A stretch of 64,000 nt of DNA, taken from the NCBI RefSeq assembly GCF_009914755.1, contig NC_060929.1. One strand, given 5' to 3'. This document shows, one piece after another, positions 59,298-64,000 of the stretch. This stretch comes from the human T2T-CHM13v2.0 reference genome, Homo sapiens. Below the pieces are notes generated by a model. The model saw only the letters and a program-made list of their open reading frames with translations. It made no database searches and had not been told where the DNA came from. The first letter of the stretch is position 1. Every line of letters starts with the position of its first letter. The position numbers were made by a program, and so were the translations under genes.

Positions 59298-60204
59298 TCT
59301 CAGGTCATTTCCCCCCTTCCTTTCCCACTCTACATCCACTCTGCCAGGAAACCTCATTGCCTCTGCTGAACCATATCATGTAACCTGCGACTCTTCACCT
59401 TGGTTCAAGCTGCCATCTTCTCTGGCTTGGACTCTACAGCCTGAGAGGCCCCCACCTACCACCACCCTCACCAAAGCCTTTTCTCAACACTGCACCCACT
59501 GCAAGCCTTTTCAAATATCAGTCTGATCGATGTCATTTTTCTGCTCAAAAAACTCCCAGTAACTCTCATTCCACTCAGACGAAAGTCTCGGTTCTAAGTA
59601 GAGGTCTACCAGGCCTGCAAGGTCCAGCCCTGTTCTCATCCTGACCTCCCCTTCAAGTCAGACTCCCCTTGCTCACTATGCCTGGTCTGCCAGCCACCTG
59701 GCTGCTACGCCAGCAAGCAAGGCGGGTGTTCTAGGAGAGCCTTTGCTCTGGCCCTATGTCTGCTCCTGCTGGGGACGCCCTTCCCCAGATGTCTGCTGGC
59801 CGATGCATCCCCTCCTTCAAGTCTTCACTCACATGTCTCTGTCCCCACTCATTCTATTTAATGACAAAACCACGCAGCCACACCTGCCCACTTGCCACTC
59901 CTGATCCTCCCACGTGGCCCTTTCCTCTTCTTTTTCCCATAGTCTTATCATCTCCTAACACACTGTGTCATGTACTGAGGTACTGTATTTTGGGGTTTAT
60001 TTTTGCATGTGCTCTGTATTTCCCAGCTAGACTATAAGCTCCACGAGGCAGGGATCTTGATTCATTTTGTTCATAGATTTATCCCAAACACCAACAACAG
60101 TCTTTAGCACATAGTAGTTGCTCAATAAATAGTCACCACTGTCGAACTGCTCAGCATCGGGCACTGGGCCGGCCACCCCACACAGTAAGCTCACTTAAAT
60201 GAAC

Positions 60205-60385
60205 AATCCTGTGTGGAGCCAGCATCAGGACCACCCGGGGGCTTGTGAAATACAGATATCTGGGCACCATCTCTGAGGTTCTGGGTCAGTAGGTCTGGGG
60301 TGGGGCCAAGAATTTGCTTTTCTAACAGGTTCTCAGGTGCTGCTGCTGCAGCTGGTCTGGGGGTCTTATTTTGAGACCCCCTGGT
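60205..60385. mobile_element. MER5A MITE
   Basis: tcagtaggtctggggtggggccaagaatttgcttttctaaca. Confidence 0.82.
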
Positions 60386-61239
60386 GTAGGTCGTGGAAAG
60401 CCACCAAAAGGCTGTGACCAGGAGAGCCAGAGTCCCATTTCCCCTGGAGAAGGCCATGTGCAGGCTGGGTGGGAGGGGAGGTACTCCAGCAGGGGCGAGG
60501 CCTCCGCAGCCCAGGGAGGGGAGCAGAGGGTGGTGGAGGTCGTGGGGGGAAGAGCAACTCAGGGGCAGCCTAGCCGGGTCCTCTCAGGCCCCCTCCCTGG
60601 CCCCACAGCTGCGGCCCTCACTTCAAGCCCATTAGCACATCTCCTCCAGAAGACGCAGGCCTCCTGGCTCCTCACTCATTTGAAATTTTAATTATCTGCC
60701 AGAGCACGATTCCCACAGCCACCCCCACTAGGGGTGGGTGTGAAAGAAGCTAAATAGCTCCAAAATGCATGACTTCAGCAAAAACGGAATAACAGTCTCG
60801 CCTCAGAGGCTCCAGCAGTGCCTGGGAGCACGGTGATGAATATGAAGGTGATCCCTCACCCCTGGCCTGCCGGCAGTGGAGGGGGAATCACCTTCTCAGT
60901 GTCTTGGACAAGACCTGGGACTCAGGTTCCTCAATTGTCAAATCGGTGAAGTACTCAGCAGTGCCTGCTCCCCCGGGGCCTGGGACGCTGGGGATTCCCA
61001 CATGAGCCTTTCTTTCTGGGATGGAAGGGACAGGACTTATCTACCCTGTCGGCATGTGATGTGTAGGCTGCCAGTCTTCATTTTAATAGTCACGTGCTTA
61101 CTGGAAAGTAAATGGGAAAAATATACAAATAGCAGATCCAATCTGTGCTGTTATGGGGAATTATTTCTTAGAGCAAAGCTAAACTTAAATTTTTAAAAAG
61201 TGAGCTGATCTCAAGAAAATATGAAACAATGTGTACCCA

Positions 61240-61460
61240 GCAATTGCATAATGCTTACCATAGACTGGGCATTCTTCACAGATTAATTCATTAAAGCCGG
61301 ATAGCAACCCAATAAGGTAGGTGCCATTATTACACCCATTTCCCAGATGCAGAAGCAGAGGTACAACATGATTGAGTCATTTTCCCATGGCCATGCAGGA
61401 GGCAGCAGAGGGAGGATTTGAACCCAGGCAACTTCCATCTAGAATCTGTGCTCTGAACAG
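61240..61460 (-). mobile_element. MIR SINE
   Basis: cccatttcccagatg...ggatttgaacccaggca. Confidence 0.8.
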
Positions 61461-62033
61461 CCTTCTCATGACATTGGCAGGACATGGCAAATACTACATG
61501 ATGGGACTCCACACACTGACATTTGGGAAGCACCGAGCAGGGCATCCTTCCTGCCTCAGCCATTACAAGACCCCAAAATGCACCAGAGTGATGAGGCAGG
61601 GGCGTGACATAGGAGCTGTCTGGATCCTTCCAACCACGGAGCCTCCCCAGAGCTCAGAGGCGGAAGCAGTGGCTGGGCCTGCCTTGTGCAAACATGAAGT
61701 GCTCATGCTGTCTGCACTGAATGCCCTCAATGACTGCTGGTAAGCAGGGAGGAACGCGGTGAGCCTGTCACCCTGGAGTGCTGCAGGGGAGCAGGAGAGA
61801 CCAAGGCAGAGGGGCCAGTGAAGAGACAGGTCTTTAGGACGGATGCTGTGGCTGCAGGACAACACTTCAGTCACAGAGCCCCAATGTCATCAGGATCCTC
61901 TGGATACATGGCTCTCAGCTCCTTACACACAATGCAAGCAATATATATCATCATTTTTTTTTGTAATCATTATTTTGTGATCAATATTTTTGTAATCAAT
62001 ATTTGAAAGCAAATCAGAAAAAATGCATTTCTA

Positions 62034-62594
<561 letters not shown>

Positions 62595-63029
62595 TCAGAT
62601 GCTGGTTCCTATTTATAGTGTATACATTTGGATGTAAGAGGACAAGGTGCTGAAATGCCTTATAGAAGGTGTAAGAAGTACAGAGACATGAAGGGGCAGA
62701 GGCAGGGTAGACCTCAGATTAAAAGCCAGTGTTAGGGTGGGTATAAATAGACTAGGCTGACTGACATGTGATAAGGAAAGGGTGATAACCTTCATTGGAG
62801 TTTGGTGAACATGCCAAGACTAACGGAGAAAATCAGGACGCGTGACATTCTCGCAAAGTAGGTGGGCCTTATTTATAAGCGTAGTGTCAAAATAATTCCC
62901 CGTGTTGTGACAAAGGACAGGGTAGTGACGAAGTATCCCAGCAAACATAACTTCTGTCTTGAAATTTTAGTATACGCCGAGGCATTCACTCAGTCTCAAG
63001 ACCTGGGAATCTGTATCCTTAGAGAGGAG

Positions 63030-63447
63030 TGTTAAATTTTAAGTTTAGCCCGAAGCTGCCTCCTTACATATTTTAAGCTCTGCCTAAAGGTTTCTCTATA
63101 AGTAGTGAACTGTAGCCTAACTGGATGTGTGAACAGACATAACCTACTCTTGTAAGAAGTAGCCAAGTCTCAGCCAATCCCAGAAGCCAGACTTAACCAC
63201 TCATAGGCAGCCAACTGTTCAAACCGTGTTCAAATAAGGCAAACGCCCAGCTCTCATCAATCCGGCTGTTTCTGTACCTCACTTCTGTTTTCCGTATGTC
63301 ATTTTCCTTTTTCTGTCTATAAATTTTTTCCTACCACGCAGCAGTGCTGGAGTACCTCTGAACTATTCTGGCTAGGGGGCTGCCCGATTCACCACTTGTT
63401 CTTTGCTCAATTAAACGCTGCTACATTTAATTTGTCTAAAGTTTTGT
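63030..63447 (+). mobile_element. MER57A/B solo LTR
   Basis: tgttaaattttaagtttagcccgaagctgcctccttaca...gttcaaataaggcaaacgcc...ttgctcaattaaac. Confidence 0.85.
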
Positions 63448-63540
63448 AAGGTATGGTTTGGAAAAGGAAAAGGAATAACACTAAAGACGTAAGAAAACCT
63501 TTGTGGTCAACTGAAAACCTTATCAGATTAAAAAGATAAA

Positions 63541-63852
63541 CCGGCCACGGTGGCTCATGCCTGTAATCCCAGCACTTTGGGAGGCTGAGGTGGGCAGATC
63601 ACCTGAGGTCAGGAGTTCCAGACCAGCCTGGCCAACTTGGTGAAACCCCCGTCTCTACTAAAAATACAAAAATTAGCTAGGCGTGGCGGCAGGAGCCTGT
63701 AATCCCAGCTACTCAGGAGGCTGAGGCGGGAGAATCACTTGAATCCAGGAGGTGGAGGTTGCAGTGAGCCGAGATTGTGCCATTGCACTCCAGCCTGTAC
63801 TACAAGAGTGAAACTCTGTCTCAAAAATAAATTAAAAAATAAAAAAATAAAA
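63541..63852 (+). mobile_element. Alu (AluSx-like)
   Basis: Near-full Alu plus A tail. Confidence 0.95.
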
Positions 63853-64000
63853 AGGAAAAGGAAAAATTTCAGGCAATCCCAAAATAAATCATTTTAATGT
63901 GCAATTTCTAGAACATAGATTTCTTATCACTATGCTATAAGAAAATTAAAATTGTATTGAATAGCAATCATTTTAAATATTTTTGAAATCTTTATTCCAT

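Overview
This is 64 kb of primate (human-like) non-coding DNA, mostly interspersed repeats: about 43 Alu copies or fragments, about 20 ERV1/ERVL/MaLR LTRs, old L1M, L2 and MIR fragments, and hAT MITEs. I found no credible protein-coding exon, RNA gene or CRISPR array. The listed ORFs are repeat-derived, low-complexity or short and unsupported. The dominant structure is an ERV cluster at about 12.6-31.6 kb. It holds two co-oriented, decayed MER4-group (MER57E/LTR54-like) proviral remnants with gag/env relics, the larger one carrying many nested LTRs and Alus. Other signals worth a second look are short local templated duplications, palindrome stacks, a recent intra-Alu tandem duplication, a closely spaced inverted Alu pair, a 540-bp polypurine tract and a few motif-dense unique islands that may be enhancers. 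I cannot support a new coding system. Subfamily names come from recalled consensus sequences and boundaries were set by eye; confirm both with RepeatMasker/Dfam.
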